Assembly: GCA_001595945.1 (NCBI GenBank)
Contig: LSSI01000052.1
Span: 1-58,000 of the forward strand
Source: Thermoplasmatales archaeon SM1-50
Lineage (GTDB): Archaea; Thermoplasmatota; E2; DHVEG-1
Direction: 5' to 3'
DNA length: 58,000 nt
Position numbers and translations under genes: made by a program. Every line of letters starts with the position of its first letter. Within the stretch, counting starts at the first letter, position 1. The notes beneath the pieces were generated by a model that was not told the DNA's origin, searched no databases, and saw nothing but the letters and a program-made list of their open reading frames with translations. Below are positions 29,332-38,924 of this stretch, one piece after another.

Positions 29332-29766
29332 TTACCTATTGTGTCTTTTTTTCAAAATCAATAGGGTAATGAAAAGAGCTCCTAAGCTTGGTATAATCTC
29401 AAAACCGGGTATTCCATAACCTGTAGGTCGACGATCATACGATTCACTCCCTGATGGTGTTTGCGATGTTGGAACATACCATTCAAGAGATTGTGATCCA
29501 ACTGTATATATGATAAGTAAAACTAACCCAAGTAGTAAAAGTAAAAGTCGATAGTTTTTATCAAGATCTTCGGTTGAGATCCCACCGACAACCATCGAGG
29601 TGATGACAACTCCGATTCCCATTAATTTTATTGTGCTGGAGAGTTTATATGATATGAGATCAGTTCGGCTACTTGGAAATACATTACTGATTATCGCGCC
29701 AATAAAAAACAAAGCAATCCCTATAATAAGTCCTAGCGTTATAAGATTCTTCATGGTCATTTTCAT
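29332..29766 (-). CDS. Membrane protein with PGF-CTERM-like sorting signal
   Basis: C-terminal IPGFE, then TM, then KKRHNR. Confidence 0.75.
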   Translation of the reverse strand: MKMTMKNLITLGLIIGIALFFIGAIISNVFPSSRTDLISYKLSSTIKLMGIGVVITSMVVGGISTEDLDKNYRLLLLLLGLVLLIIYTVGSQSLEWYVPTSQTPSGSESYDRRPTGYGIPGFEIIPSLGALFITLLILKKRHNR

Positions 29767-29779
29767 GGTCTTTCACTTC

Positions 29780-30103
29780 CTAATAATAACGAGAAGATGA
29801 GAATAGAAAAATGTTTAATAATAATAGAATCACCCCAAATAAAAGTAATAACAGTTTTGTATCTTTTTCTATTTTATCTATAAAAAAGCCACCAACAATC
29901 ATACAGATGCAAACGATACCCATTCCAGTAAGTTTTACCACGGACGAGACTTGTTTTGGGATAAGATAAGTATCCGTGCTAGGTCCTAAAATAATATATG
30001 TAACTATGCCAATAAAAAAGAGCATAATCCCACTACCCAAGCCAATAATTATAAGAATTTTCTTATTCCACACCATACTTTCACTCCATAAATGAAAGCT
30101 CAT
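29780..30103 (-). CDS. Three-TM membrane protein, paralog of the N-terminal part of 29332..29766
   Basis: Shared LFFIG..SS.xKL.G.G..M.VGG..LLLL.G pattern. Confidence 0.75.
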   Translation of the reverse strand: MSFHLWSESMVWNKKILIIIGLGSGIMLFFIGIVTYIILGPSTDTYLIPKQVSSVVKLTGMGIVCICMIVGGFFIDKIEKDTKLLLLLFGVILLLLNIFLFSSSRYY

Positions 30104-30174
30104 ACATGTTCTAAATAATTATTGGTACATTATTTTGAATGTAATTTGAATTAAGTTAATTTATTAAAATAAAA

Positions 30175-30220
30175 ATCCTTAGAAATAGAGGTGGTAGGAA
30201 AGCATTGACACGGTTTTGAT
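30175..30220 (-). repeat. Cassette-boundary repeat copy
   Basis: ATCCTTAGAAATAGAGGTGGTAGGAAAGCATTGACACGGTTTTGAT. Confidence 0.9.
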
Positions 30221-30326
30221 AAACAAGGGGAAAAATAAGTTGCTTACGTTGATGTAAAAGGCAATTAAGAAACAAAAAAACAAAAGAAGTGATTGTTTGT
30301 ATCCGAATTTAATAGATATGTATTTT

Positions 30327-30650
30327 TTAATCTCTTAGAAAATACAGTAAACCAAATATTACAACTCCCAACATGAGTATTATAATCCCTATGGTAACAG
30401 CTATTCTTTTTCTCTTTATTTCAAATTCTGTAAGAGGACGAATCTTACCCTGCTGTTTATATTTATTTTCTATTGATTGTCCTATTGCTAATCCAAATGC
30501 TACACCCAGCGCAGGTCCAATTCCAATAAATCCTAAGTTGTCGGTAACAATGCTTAGAGGAACCCCAATTACTGAGAAAATGGCGATACCTACCCCCATC
30601 CACATTCCTAAAAAATGACCTTCTGGATACGTAGTGTCTTTCTCTTTCAT
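30327..30650 (-). CDS. Small Gly-rich membrane protein
   Basis: YPEGHFLGMWMGVGIA..GPALGVAFGLAIG..IRPLT. Confidence 0.8.
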   Translation of the reverse strand: MKEKDTTYPEGHFLGMWMGVGIAIFSVIGVPLSIVTDNLGFIGIGPALGVAFGLAIGQSIENKYKQQGKIRPLTEFEIKRKRIAVTIGIIILMLGVVIFGLLYFLRD

Positions 30651-30782
30651 ACTATGAATAAAATTTTATTTACATTTAAAAGTTATTATTGAAAAAATAG
30701 ACAAAAACATATCCAACTTTTTTTCCAACTAGAAATTCCCATCTCTCTTTCATACAGAATCTCTTTTCTCTCTTTAAAAATA

Positions 30783-30827
30783 TATCATCAGAAACAAGGT
30801 AAGTGAGAAAGCAGTCACGGGTTTACC
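30783..30827 (-). repeat. Cassette-boundary repeat copy
   Basis: TATCATCAGAAACAAGGTAAGTGAGAAAGCAGTCACGGGTTTACC. Confidence 0.85.
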
Positions 30828-30934
30828 ATCATCTTTTTTTGGTATTAATGCTGCGATTATTCCGACGATATCTGCTCATAATTAAGGGAAAATATTAATT
30901 TGAAAAAAAGAGGGAAGGCGTTGAAATCCTCTTT

Positions 30935-31411
30935 TCATTCATCTGGTGGATGATAATCAAGCCAGGGAATATAGCCTTTCAAGATCGGGGGCAACGCCCA
31001 TGAGAGTGGAACCCAGGTAAAACCTCCCAGCTGGATTCCTTTTGCTGCCTTCGATTTGACGTATCCATCCGATGTTGAGATAGTAATCGTGATGATAATG
31101 ACCCCGACGCCTTGTGTGCCGTTTGGAATCGAGACCAACATCGGGCGTTCCGGACCATCATGTGAGTACGTCGCCTCATAGGATGCATTAACCTTCCCGG
31201 TTATCGTAATGTTATAGGTCACATCGTAAGTCGCGTTGGATAGGTCGAAGTTCATAAGGATACCGCCGACAACATGCATAAAATTCGGGACGAGGTTCCC
31301 ACCGACGACCTGTACATCAAAATTTGCAGTTGGAAAAGCGGCAACAGTAAAAGAAAGAAACGGAATCACCAGTAGCATGCAGACTAGGGCGCCTATTATT
31401 CTCTTCTTCAT
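30935..31411 (-). CDS. Small secreted Ig-like protein (paralog of 28242..28685)
   Basis: Signal peptide; shared AKGxQxGxFTWxPLSW. Confidence 0.8.
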   Translation of the reverse strand: MKKRIIGALVCMLLVIPFLSFTVAAFPTANFDVQVVGGNLVPNFMHVVGGILMNFDLSNATYDVTYNITITGKVNASYEATYSHDGPERPMLVSIPNGTQGVGVIIITITISTSDGYVKSKAAKGIQLGGFTWVPLSWALPPILKGYIPWLDYHPPDE

Positions 31412-31510
31412 ATTTAACCTCCAGTGATATAATAAGTGATAGTATTATTTAATTTTTTCTTAAAATATATCAGATTTTACGAAAAAATATTCATTTAGAA
31501 TTATTCTGAA

Positions 31511-31566
31511 GAGGAAAAGCAGTGACGGGGGTTACAGAGACGATTAATGGTTTTTTTGGTGCGAAA
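31511..31566 (-). repeat. Cassette-boundary repeat copy with extended flank
   Basis: GAGGAAAAGCAGTGACGGGGGTTACAGAGACGATTAATGGTTTTTTTGGTGCGAAA. Confidence 0.8.
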
Positions 31567-31608
31567 ATTAAAAATGAAAAAAAAGAGAGGGGGGAATAAA
31601 GGTTTTCT

Positions 31609-31941
31609 TTAAAATTCTAAGACGCCACGGCACCAACCCAAGATCATATGTGGCATCAGGACGCCCCGGAATGTATTTGGTATAACCATTATCGTGCCGC
31701 CAAACCGAAAACCAGTGACACGCGGACCTAAACCTTGAGCAACGTAATGAACGAAGAGACAGCGAAACCATATCAATGTGCCGCCGTTTATTTCTTGAGG
31801 TGGGGTGAGTAGAAAGCCCTGGATGGTCGTCCAACCAATGTCACTTCGTTGCGGATCTTCCGGTACACTCATTCCTGCTGCGACAGGAATCATGGTCAAC
31901 AACAGCATGCATGCAAAGATACCTATAACTTTAATTTTCAT
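31609..31941 (-). CDS. Small secreted hypothetical protein (paralog of 21347..21679)
   Basis: GGGAGG RBS; signal peptide; about 74% identical to the paralog. Confidence 0.85.
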   Translation of the reverse strand: MKIKVIGIFACMLLLTMIPVAAGMSVPEDPQRSDIGWTTIQGFLLTPPQEINGGTLIWFRCLFVHYVAQGLGPRVTGFRFGGTIMVIPNTFRGVLMPHMILGWCRGVLEF

Positions 31942-32020
31942 GTTATTTTCCCTCCCGAAAATTCAGGTTATATAATAAAACAATATAATCGTAGTATATA
32001 TAATTTATGATAGATTTTAA

Positions 32021-32038
32021 TAGCAACAAAAGTTACAA
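32021..32038. promoter_or_regulatory. Palindromic operator
   Basis: TAGCAACAAAAGTTACAA upstream of TATA. Confidence 0.55.
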
Positions 32039-32097
32039 TAAATAAAACAAATGTCTAAAATCTAGAAACTCATCGTTTTTTTTCTTGAAAGTATAGA

Positions 32098-32134
32098 CTT
32101 AGAGCCAAGGGAAAACAATACCATGGTTTCTAAG
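32098..32134 (-). repeat. Cassette-boundary repeat copy (clear hairpin form)
   Basis: CTTAGAGCCAAGG-GAAAACAATA-CCATGGTTTCTAAG. Confidence 0.7.
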
Positions 32135-32179
32135 ATAAAACATTGTAAAAAAAAGAAAGGAAAATGATAGAGGGATTCG

Positions 32180-32375
32180 TAGTATCTCATCAGATCCCTT
32201 GGTATTGAGAACACATGAGAGAACCACTCTAGTAATTTTATTTAGTACTGCATAAATGGCATGAATGACATGTTATATAAGTAAGGCTTTTTCCCCGTAA
32301 GAAAACTCCAGTCTCCATACATATCATGGATATCATTTGCTCCCGCTTGAATCATATTCGTCTCTTTTATCCATC
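32180..32375 (-). pseudogene. Decayed 3' remnant of a PKD plus C-terminal-tail gene
   Basis: IQAGANDIHDMYGDWSFL..PYLYNMSFMPFMQ then, in another frame, IKLLEWFSHVFSIPRDLMRY; parallels the tails of 26338 and 51388. Confidence 0.6.
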
Positions 32376-32546
32376 TTTATTTTAATTACATTTCTTTTGG
32401 TAGAGTTTAGCAATACACAACTTTTTAACATATTATTTTCAGGAGCCCATTTGTGAATTATTCAATTTAATTCCTTCATTTTCTATTCCATTTTAAATCT
32501 TCATCAAATTATCAACGTAGAATCATCAGTAACAAAATTGAACACT

Positions 32547-32978
32547 CTACAAAAATATTTTATTTTTAGACGAATTTTCGCCTAATTCTCTAATTTTTTG
32601 TGTAAACTCAGTAGCTACTTTTGCATATTTCTGTCCTTCTGCTGCAGAAACCCATGAAAGACGGAGACGATCCGACTCTAAACCAAGACTATCAAAAACT
32701 TTTTTTAACATCACAAATCGTCTTCGGGTATAGTAATTTCCCTCCTGATAATGGCAATCCCCCAGATGACAACCAGTTACAAGAACCCCATCGAATCCAT
32801 TTAAAAATGCTCTTAAAATTAGAAGAGGATCAACTCGACTTGAGCACATCACCCTCACAGGAAGGATGGAAGCTGGATATTGTAATCTACTTGTTCCAGC
32901 TAGATCCGCGCCAGCGTAAGAACACCAATTACAGAGAAAAGTAAGTATTTTTGGTAAAAAAATGTCATCTTTTTTCAT
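32547..32978 (-). CDS. mvhD: MvhD/FlpD [2Fe-2S] subunit
   Basis: FLCNWCSYAGADLAG, RVMCSSRVDP, GCHLGDCHY; ATG at 32978. Confidence 0.93.
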   Translation of the reverse strand: MKKDDIFLPKILTFLCNWCSYAGADLAGTSRLQYPASILPVRVMCSSRVDPLLILRAFLNGFDGVLVTGCHLGDCHYQEGNYYTRRRFVMLKKVFDSLGLESDRLRLSWVSAAEGQKYAKVATEFTQKIRELGENSSKNKIFL

Positions 32979-32988
32979 ATATAACCCT

Positions 32989-34101
32989 CTATCCTTCAAT
33001 TTCAGTATATTCCTCTTCATTATAAGTAACAAGAGGTATCTTTTCCGTAATATTTTTTCCTGGAATGTATTCAAATATTTGTTGCATAGACTCACCAACT
33101 TTTTTAAATATAAGTGTTAATGGTATGTTAACAGGGCAGACATCCTCACATGAGCCACATCCAACACATGAGATACCAACATGGGTTAGTCTCCCAAGGT
33201 GATAATATATCGTACCTGGAGGGATTTTTAGTCCCCCTCTTTGGCGAACCTCTGATTCATACTTCGATGGTTTATATTCTAAATTAGAAGAATCAAACAT
33301 GCATAATGTGCAATAACATATTGGACAAACCTTACTACATCCGTGACAACCAATACATCTACCAAATATTTTTATTAAATCATCTAATCCGTTTATTTTC
33401 GTATTTTCATTAAAAAATTGGTTCTTTGCTTTCTCTCGTTTAGCATAAAATTTTTTTAGTTTTTCTTTATCAAAGTCGCGGTCTACAAGTTCCCCTTTCA
33501 TGTCTTGAACAAGTTCTTCGCCTTTTTTTGTATTAAGTAACAAAAAACATTTCTTCTCTAACTCAGTATTACCTATTAAATCAACAGTGATATCTGCACC
33601 ATAAGGGGTAAATTCTGTACACGCTGTGCAAGCAGGTCTTAAATCTTGATTGATTTCTCCTTTTTTTACTGCATCCCAATAGTCAGAGAGATTCTTTTCG
33701 ATAGTCCCGTCCGTTGCTGTTTTCAGTGGATAAACTCCGCCACATGTTGAACTGATGATATAGAGATTTTCAAAGTGTCCCTGTTCCCGTTTAACAAGTT
33801 CTATAAATGCGCGTAATTCGCAAGGTTTTACAATAACAGCAACTGGTTCGGTTGTGCTTCCATTTCGAGTAATACGTGATAAAAGTTTACCTGCGTTTGT
33901 TGGCATTAACGGATAAAAAGGCACTGCATCATTAAGCTCATCTGATTTTGTTATAAGCGAATACGTTACAGCTCCATTTTTACCTATCTTCTTTAATGTG
34001 AAAACCCCTTTCACTTTCCTTTTTTCTAAAAGGATTTTTAAAAATTCACGGACACTTTCTTCAGTATTTTTTGTTATCTTGAGTGCGTTAGCCATGTACA
34101 T
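32989..34101 (-). CDS. FdhB/FrhB-like Fe-S protein with 4Fe-4S dicluster
   Basis: KPCELRA, CIGCHGCSKVCPICYC, CVGCGSCEDVCP. Confidence 0.85.
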   Translation of the reverse strand: MYMANALKITKNTEESVREFLKILLEKRKVKGVFTLKKIGKNGAVTYSLITKSDELNDAVPFYPLMPTNAGKLLSRITRNGSTTEPVAVIVKPCELRAFIELVKREQGHFENLYIISSTCGGVYPLKTATDGTIEKNLSDYWDAVKKGEINQDLRPACTACTEFTPYGADITVDLIGNTELEKKCFLLLNTKKGEELVQDMKGELVDRDFDKEKLKKFYAKREKAKNQFFNENTKINGLDDLIKIFGRCIGCHGCSKVCPICYCTLCMFDSSNLEYKPSKYESEVRQRGGLKIPPGTIYYHLGRLTHVGISCVGCGSCEDVCPVNIPLTLIFKKVGESMQQIFEYIPGKNITEKIPLVTYNEEEYTEIEG

Positions 34102-35227
34102 CCTCTACTTCATGAAGTTCATCTTCTTTATATGTTCTTAAAGGAAGAGGTTCTTCCAGACATCTACCAGCAACATAATCAAATAACCTCTGAGTTTCAT
34201 CAGCAACCATGCTGAAAATCTGAGCAACTGGGATAGACATCGGGCATGCATCTTCACAGGACCCGCAGGATACACAAGAAAGACTCATATGCATCATTCT
34301 TCCCATGTGGAAAAGAGTAGTATCTGGTAAGATTCGAATGCTTCCTTTATCTTTTGCTCTCTGGAGATATTCTTCAGAGGAATGTTTTACCTTATTAGAA
34401 TCAAAATAACATAAACGACAAGAACAGATAGGGCAGACTCTCATGCAATTATGACAATTGATGCACTGGCTGAAAATATCAAGAAGGTTAGTGAGGTCAC
34501 CTATCTTGTTTTTCAAATCACTATGTACTTCCTGTCTTTTTTTCAATTTTTTTTCTGAGTTTTCCTTAACCTTCTTATTCCAGCTATCAATACTATCTGT
34601 AAGCGGTAGTTTAAGTTTTTCGAGAATATCTTTTCCTTTTGTACTATTTGGTATAATAAAAAACGATTTTTTATCAGTTCCAAGTGTTCCTATGTGAAGA
34701 TCACCGGCTACCATACTTGATTTATCACATATCTGACATACCGGCCGCATTTGTGTATCATCCCAACTTTTTGTTGCATCATTAAATAGTGTCATTGTTT
34801 TTTCAGGCTCATTAACCATATCTAAGATAGGCATTGTACCAGGACAGTCCATGCTGATAAGAATGATATTTTCTAGATCCGTTTGATCAAGTTTTGTCAG
34901 TTCAATTGTTGCGCGTATTTCACAAGGTCTCATGACAGCAGCAATCTTCATGTTTCTGTTTCCGAGTCGTGTTACACTGGACACTGCTTTAGCCCCCTGA
35001 ACTGACATAGTTGGTGGAAGGGGAAATGCGTCGTTAAGAAGAGATTTATTTTTAATTAGGACATAAGAAAAAGAATCACCAGCTGGAACCCGCAGAGGTA
35101 TCATAACTGCGTCAAACACACAGTGATCTATCCCGTTTTTTAAAAGATCTTTAATCGAATCTTGAATTGATGTTTTAATAGGGAGAACTGCACCTTTTTT
35201 TTCAGAAGTTTCCGCAGATTTATTCAT
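34088..35227 (-). CDS. FdhB/FrhB-like Fe-S protein with 4Fe-4S dicluster
   Basis: RPCEIRA, CINCHNCMRVCPICSC, CVSCGSCEDACP. Confidence 0.85.
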   Translation of the reverse strand: MNKSAETSEKKGAVLPIKTSIQDSIKDLLKNGIDHCVFDAVMIPLRVPAGDSFSYVLIKNKSLLNDAFPLPPTMSVQGAKAVSSVTRLGNRNMKIAAVMRPCEIRATIELTKLDQTDLENIILISMDCPGTMPILDMVNEPEKTMTLFNDATKSWDDTQMRPVCQICDKSSMVAGDLHIGTLGTDKKSFFIIPNSTKGKDILEKLKLPLTDSIDSWNKKVKENSEKKLKKRQEVHSDLKNKIGDLTNLLDIFSQCINCHNCMRVCPICSCRLCYFDSNKVKHSSEEYLQRAKDKGSIRILPDTTLFHMGRMMHMSLSCVSCGSCEDACPMSIPVAQIFSMVADETQRLFDYVAGRCLEEPLPLRTYKEDELHEVEDVHG

Positions 35228-36906
35228 TGTACAGCCTCCTTTAGTTCTTCATAAATTTGATTAAAAGTAAAATGTTTAAGAGTGATTGCACCGGAAGGAC
35301 ATGCAGCAACGCAATTTCCACATCCTCTGCATATCACCTCATTAACAACAGATATCTTATTCATTTCGTCAAAAGTGATAGCCCCATAGGAACAAATATC
35401 AAGGCATGTTTTACATCCAATACAAAAAGATTCAGATATTTGTGAGACTTTCACCTCAGGTTCTATTTTTTTACCGGGAATAAGTGAAGAAAGTATTTTT
35501 CCAGTAACTGCTTCAGCTTGGATAATTGTATCTGAGATGCTTTTTGGACCCTGAGCGCAACCTGCAATAAATACACCCTGTGTAGACGTTGATACGGGAT
35601 TTAACTTTTCATGCTCCTCAGCAAAGAAATCACCATCACCCAAAGGAACACCAGTAAATTCCGCGAGTTTCGCCGCATCAACTGATGGTTCTAAAGCAGG
35701 TGAAAGAATAACCATATCAACGATACAGTTCTTCTTCCTATTAGTTTCATCATCATAGGAAATGTTCAATTGCTCCCCTTTTTTAGTAATATCAATATTT
35801 TCAGCTCTGATGAAATCAATATTTTCTCCTTGTGTTTGTTCATAAAATTTCTGATGTGATTTACCCGGGATGCACAAGTCAGAGTAAAAATTAACTATTT
35901 TGATGTCAGGAATATTATCTTTAAGATAACGAACAAATTTAATAGAGTACATACAACATATTTCTGAACAATAACCTTTATCAGTTCTACCAACACAATA
36001 GATAATAGCTACAGATTTTGGAGTTTTATTATTTTTCAGAACAATTTTTTTGGATAAATTCATCTGTTCGAATTCCAATGAGGTTAACACATTATCGAAT
36101 TTTCCATAGCCATACTGAGGGTTCTTATTTATATCGAACAGAGAAGAACCAGTGGCAAAAACCACTGCCCCTACATTAAAACTCTCAATATCCTTCTCTT
36201 TTTTATTTTTTACTTTTACCTCAAAATTACCAAAAAAACCAAGTATTTCTTGAACTTCACTATCTGTAAAAATCTTAATATTACTGATCTTCTTTATCGT
36301 TTCAATTTTTTGTAAAATACTTGCTGAACACGGCTGCATTTCTGGATATTTTTTTTCAAAATTTTTTATCAACCCACCGAGAAATGAGTTTTTTTCAACA
36401 AGGTAAATTTTTCTATTAGAATGTGCAAGCTGTAAACTTGCTTCAATACCAGCTATACCTCCACCAATTATTAAGATATCAGGGTTACTTTCTATCTCCT
36501 TTTTTTCAAGAGGAGAATGACAACGTACTCGGGCAATAGCAGCTTTTGTTAAACGGATAGCTTTTTTTGTAGCCTCTTCTTTGTTATCTGTCACCCATGC
36601 ACATTGTTCTCGAATATTGGCAAGTTGGAAAAGGTAGGGGTTGATTTTCGCATTTTCGCATACCTCCATAAATGTAAGTTGATGGTCCCGTGGTGAACAC
36701 GCAGCAACAACTAGATGAGTTAAACTATGTTTTTTAATCTGTTCCGTGAGGTAATTTTTCCCAGCTTCCGAGCAAAGGAGTTTATATCGTTCAACAGTAA
36801 CGATGTCGTTAAGAGATGTCACCGCTTCGATAACCTTATCAATATCAATTTTTTCGGCTATATTTGGTCCGCATTCACAAATATAAACTCCTATTTTTCT
36901 GTTCAT
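35224..36906 (-). CDS. hdrA: HdrA-like flavoprotein (N-terminal domain and C-terminal ferredoxin, no inserted ferredoxin)
   Basis: IGVYICECG, ACSP, NIREQC, IGGGIAG, YCSEICC, GCAQGPK, two C-terminal CxxCxxCxxxC. Confidence 0.9.
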   Translation of the reverse strand: MNRKIGVYICECGPNIAEKIDIDKVIEAVTSLNDIVTVERYKLLCSEAGKNYLTEQIKKHSLTHLVVAACSPRDHQLTFMEVCENAKINPYLFQLANIREQCAWVTDNKEEATKKAIRLTKAAIARVRCHSPLEKKEIESNPDILIIGGGIAGIEASLQLAHSNRKIYLVEKNSFLGGLIKNFEKKYPEMQPCSASILQKIETIKKISNIKIFTDSEVQEILGFFGNFEVKVKNKKEKDIESFNVGAVVFATGSSLFDINKNPQYGYGKFDNVLTSLEFEQMNLSKKIVLKNNKTPKSVAIIYCVGRTDKGYCSEICCMYSIKFVRYLKDNIPDIKIVNFYSDLCIPGKSHQKFYEQTQGENIDFIRAENIDITKKGEQLNISYDDETNRKKNCIVDMVILSPALEPSVDAAKLAEFTGVPLGDGDFFAEEHEKLNPVSTSTQGVFIAGCAQGPKSISDTIIQAEAVTGKILSSLIPGKKIEPEVKVSQISESFCIGCKTCLDICSYGAITFDEMNKISVVNEVICRGCGNCVAACPSGAITLKHFTFNQIYEELKEAVQ

Positions 36907-36918
36907 CTAAGTCCCCTT

Positions 36919-38196
36919 TTAATGTGTTGAAAGTATTTTTCCAACCGCAGCGCCAGCTTGAGAGATTGATTCCTGAATGTTTTTTGGCCCCTGGGAACAA
37001 CCAACGATAAAAACACCAGGTTTCGACGTCACTACAGAAGAAGCATTTTGATTTTGTTCTTTGAAAAAACCGTACTCATCGATTGTTATCCCTAAGATTT
37101 TTGCTAGTTTTTCAGCATCATCCTTCGGCACTATAGCAGATGTGAGAATTACCATATCTACGGTAATACTGTTTTTCTTACCGCCCACATCGATATATTT
37201 TATCGCGATTTCTTCTCCTTGCTCTGTAATCTCGATATCGCTCGCACGAATCAACATTGTTCCCATTTTTTTTATTTTTTCATAGAACTTCTGATGTGAT
37301 TTACCAGGAATACAAAGATCAGTATAAAATTCAGATATCTTGATTCCAGGTATTTTGGATGTGAGATAATGATTAAACTTCAATGAATACATACAGCAAA
37401 CCGATGAACAATAACCTTTATTGTCCCGACCAACACAATGAATGATAGCGGCAGATTTTGGAATTTTCCCATTTTTCAGAAGTATTTTTCCATCAGTAGG
37501 ACCGTTTGATGCATACAGTCTTTCAAACTCAAAAGCGGTAAATACATTGTTGATTTTTCCATATCCGTACTGAGGAATCTCTCTACAATCAAATGGAGTA
37601 TATCCAGTTGCCACAATAATTGCACCAATAGTAAGCTGAATGTGCTCGTCTTTTTGATTGAAATCAATGGCCTCGAACATACACGCTTCTTGACAAGCAC
37701 GACAATCTTTTCCATTGAAACGAAGACAATGCTTAGTGTCGATCATGGGAGCATTCGGAAGCGCACCAGCAAACGGAGTGTATATTGCTTTTCTTTCGCT
37801 AAGACATTCCTCAAATTCATTTTTTAAATGAACTGGACATGGTTCAAAACAAGCATTACATCCAATGCAATTTTTCATATCAACATATCTTGCCTTTTTG
37901 TGAATCTTAACAGTAAAATTTCCAAAGCAACCTTCCACATCTTCAACTTCTGCGAGTGTTAGTAGGTTAATATTTTTATTCTGCAGTAATTCTTGTTGTA
38001 ATGGAGCTACCATGCATGTTGAGCATTCCATATTTGCAAATACTTCTTCAAACTTTATTGCCATACCACCAGTATATGACGTCTTTTCAATGAGATGCAC
38101 TTTTCTATCAGATTTAGAAAGCATTAAGCTAGATTCAATTCCGGTTATACCCGCTCCAATAACCAAAATATCTAAATTACTTTGTATTTCATTCAT
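36919..38196 (-). CDS. hdrA: Short HdrA-like flavoprotein (inserted ferredoxin, no N- or C-terminal domains)
   Basis: IGAGITG, ECSTC, CIGCNACFEPCP, HCVGR..YCSSVCC, GCSQGPK. Confidence 0.9.
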   Translation of the reverse strand: MNEIQSNLDILVIGAGITGIESSLMLSKSDRKVHLIEKTSYTGGMAIKFEEVFANMECSTCMVAPLQQELLQNKNINLLTLAEVEDVEGCFGNFTVKIHKKARYVDMKNCIGCNACFEPCPVHLKNEFEECLSERKAIYTPFAGALPNAPMIDTKHCLRFNGKDCRACQEACMFEAIDFNQKDEHIQLTIGAIIVATGYTPFDCREIPQYGYGKINNVFTAFEFERLYASNGPTDGKILLKNGKIPKSAAIIHCVGRDNKGYCSSVCCMYSLKFNHYLTSKIPGIKISEFYTDLCIPGKSHQKFYEKIKKMGTMLIRASDIEITEQGEEIAIKYIDVGGKKNSITVDMVILTSAIVPKDDAEKLAKILGITIDEYGFFKEQNQNASSVVTSKPGVFIVGCSQGPKNIQESISQAGAAVGKILSTH

Positions 38197-38214
38197 CTGT
38201 TCATCTTCATTTCA

Positions 38215-38637
38215 TTATAACATCTTTTTCTTCATCGGGTTCTGTCCCATCTTTTTTATTTTCTCATTGAATTCGTTAACGACCTCTGCAAATCTTTGTC
38301 CTTCTGATGCAGAAACCCATGAAAGACAAAGACGATCCGACTCTAAACCAAGACTATCAACCACTTTTTTTAATACTGCAAATCGTCTGCGCGCATAATA
38401 GTTACCCTCATTATAATGGCAATCTCCTGGATGACAGCCTGCAATTAAAACGCCATCAGCACCTTGAAGTAATGCAGTCAGAATAAGAACAGGATCAATT
38501 CTACTAGAACACATAACACGAATTGGTGTAAGAGACGAAGGAATTTTTAACTTACTCGTCCCCGCTAAATCTGCTCCGGCATAGGAACACCAATTACATA
38601 GGAAACCCACGATTCGTGGTTCGAATTGTTCAGTCAT
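38215..38637 (-). CDS. mvhD: MvhD/FlpD [2Fe-2S] subunit
   Basis: FEPRIVGFLCNWCSYAGADLAG, GCHPGDCHY. Confidence 0.95.
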   Translation of the reverse strand: MTEQFEPRIVGFLCNWCSYAGADLAGTSKLKIPSSLTPIRVMCSSRIDPVLILTALLQGADGVLIAGCHPGDCHYNEGNYYARRRFAVLKKVVDSLGLESDRLCLSWVSASEGQRFAEVVNEFNEKIKKMGQNPMKKKML

Positions 38638-38676
38638 GAAAAGACCTGAGATGCTGTTTTTTTTAATAAAATATGA

Positions 38677-38919
38677 TTAAAATTGTATTTGTGCTTTGAA
38701 CTTTCCACTGCCTTCATCCGCGCATACAAGAAGCGTTTTATTTGTTTTTGAACACCATGCTTTGATATCATCTGGAAATGAGTGACAATCTGCCATTACT
38801 TCAAGAATGTCACCAGGTTGTAGTTCTTTTGCTTTAATTGCCACTTTCAAAATTGGTTGTGGGCATTTCAAACCTAATGTATCAAGGGTATGGGTTGACA
38901 TAAATTCTATCACCTCCAA
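38677..38919 (-). CDS. tusA: TusA-family sulfurtransferase (start probably at MSTH)
   Basis: LDTLGLKCPQP motif. Confidence 0.92.
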   Translation of the reverse strand: MEVIEFMSTHTLDTLGLKCPQPILKVAIKAKELQPGDILEVMADCHSFPDDIKAWCSKTNKTLLVCADEGSGKFKAQIQF

Positions 38920-38924
38920 ACTTT

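Noticed and set aside
32547-38637. Selenocysteine in HdrA or MvhD
   Set aside because: The ORFs are uninterrupted and have Cys at the conserved positions.
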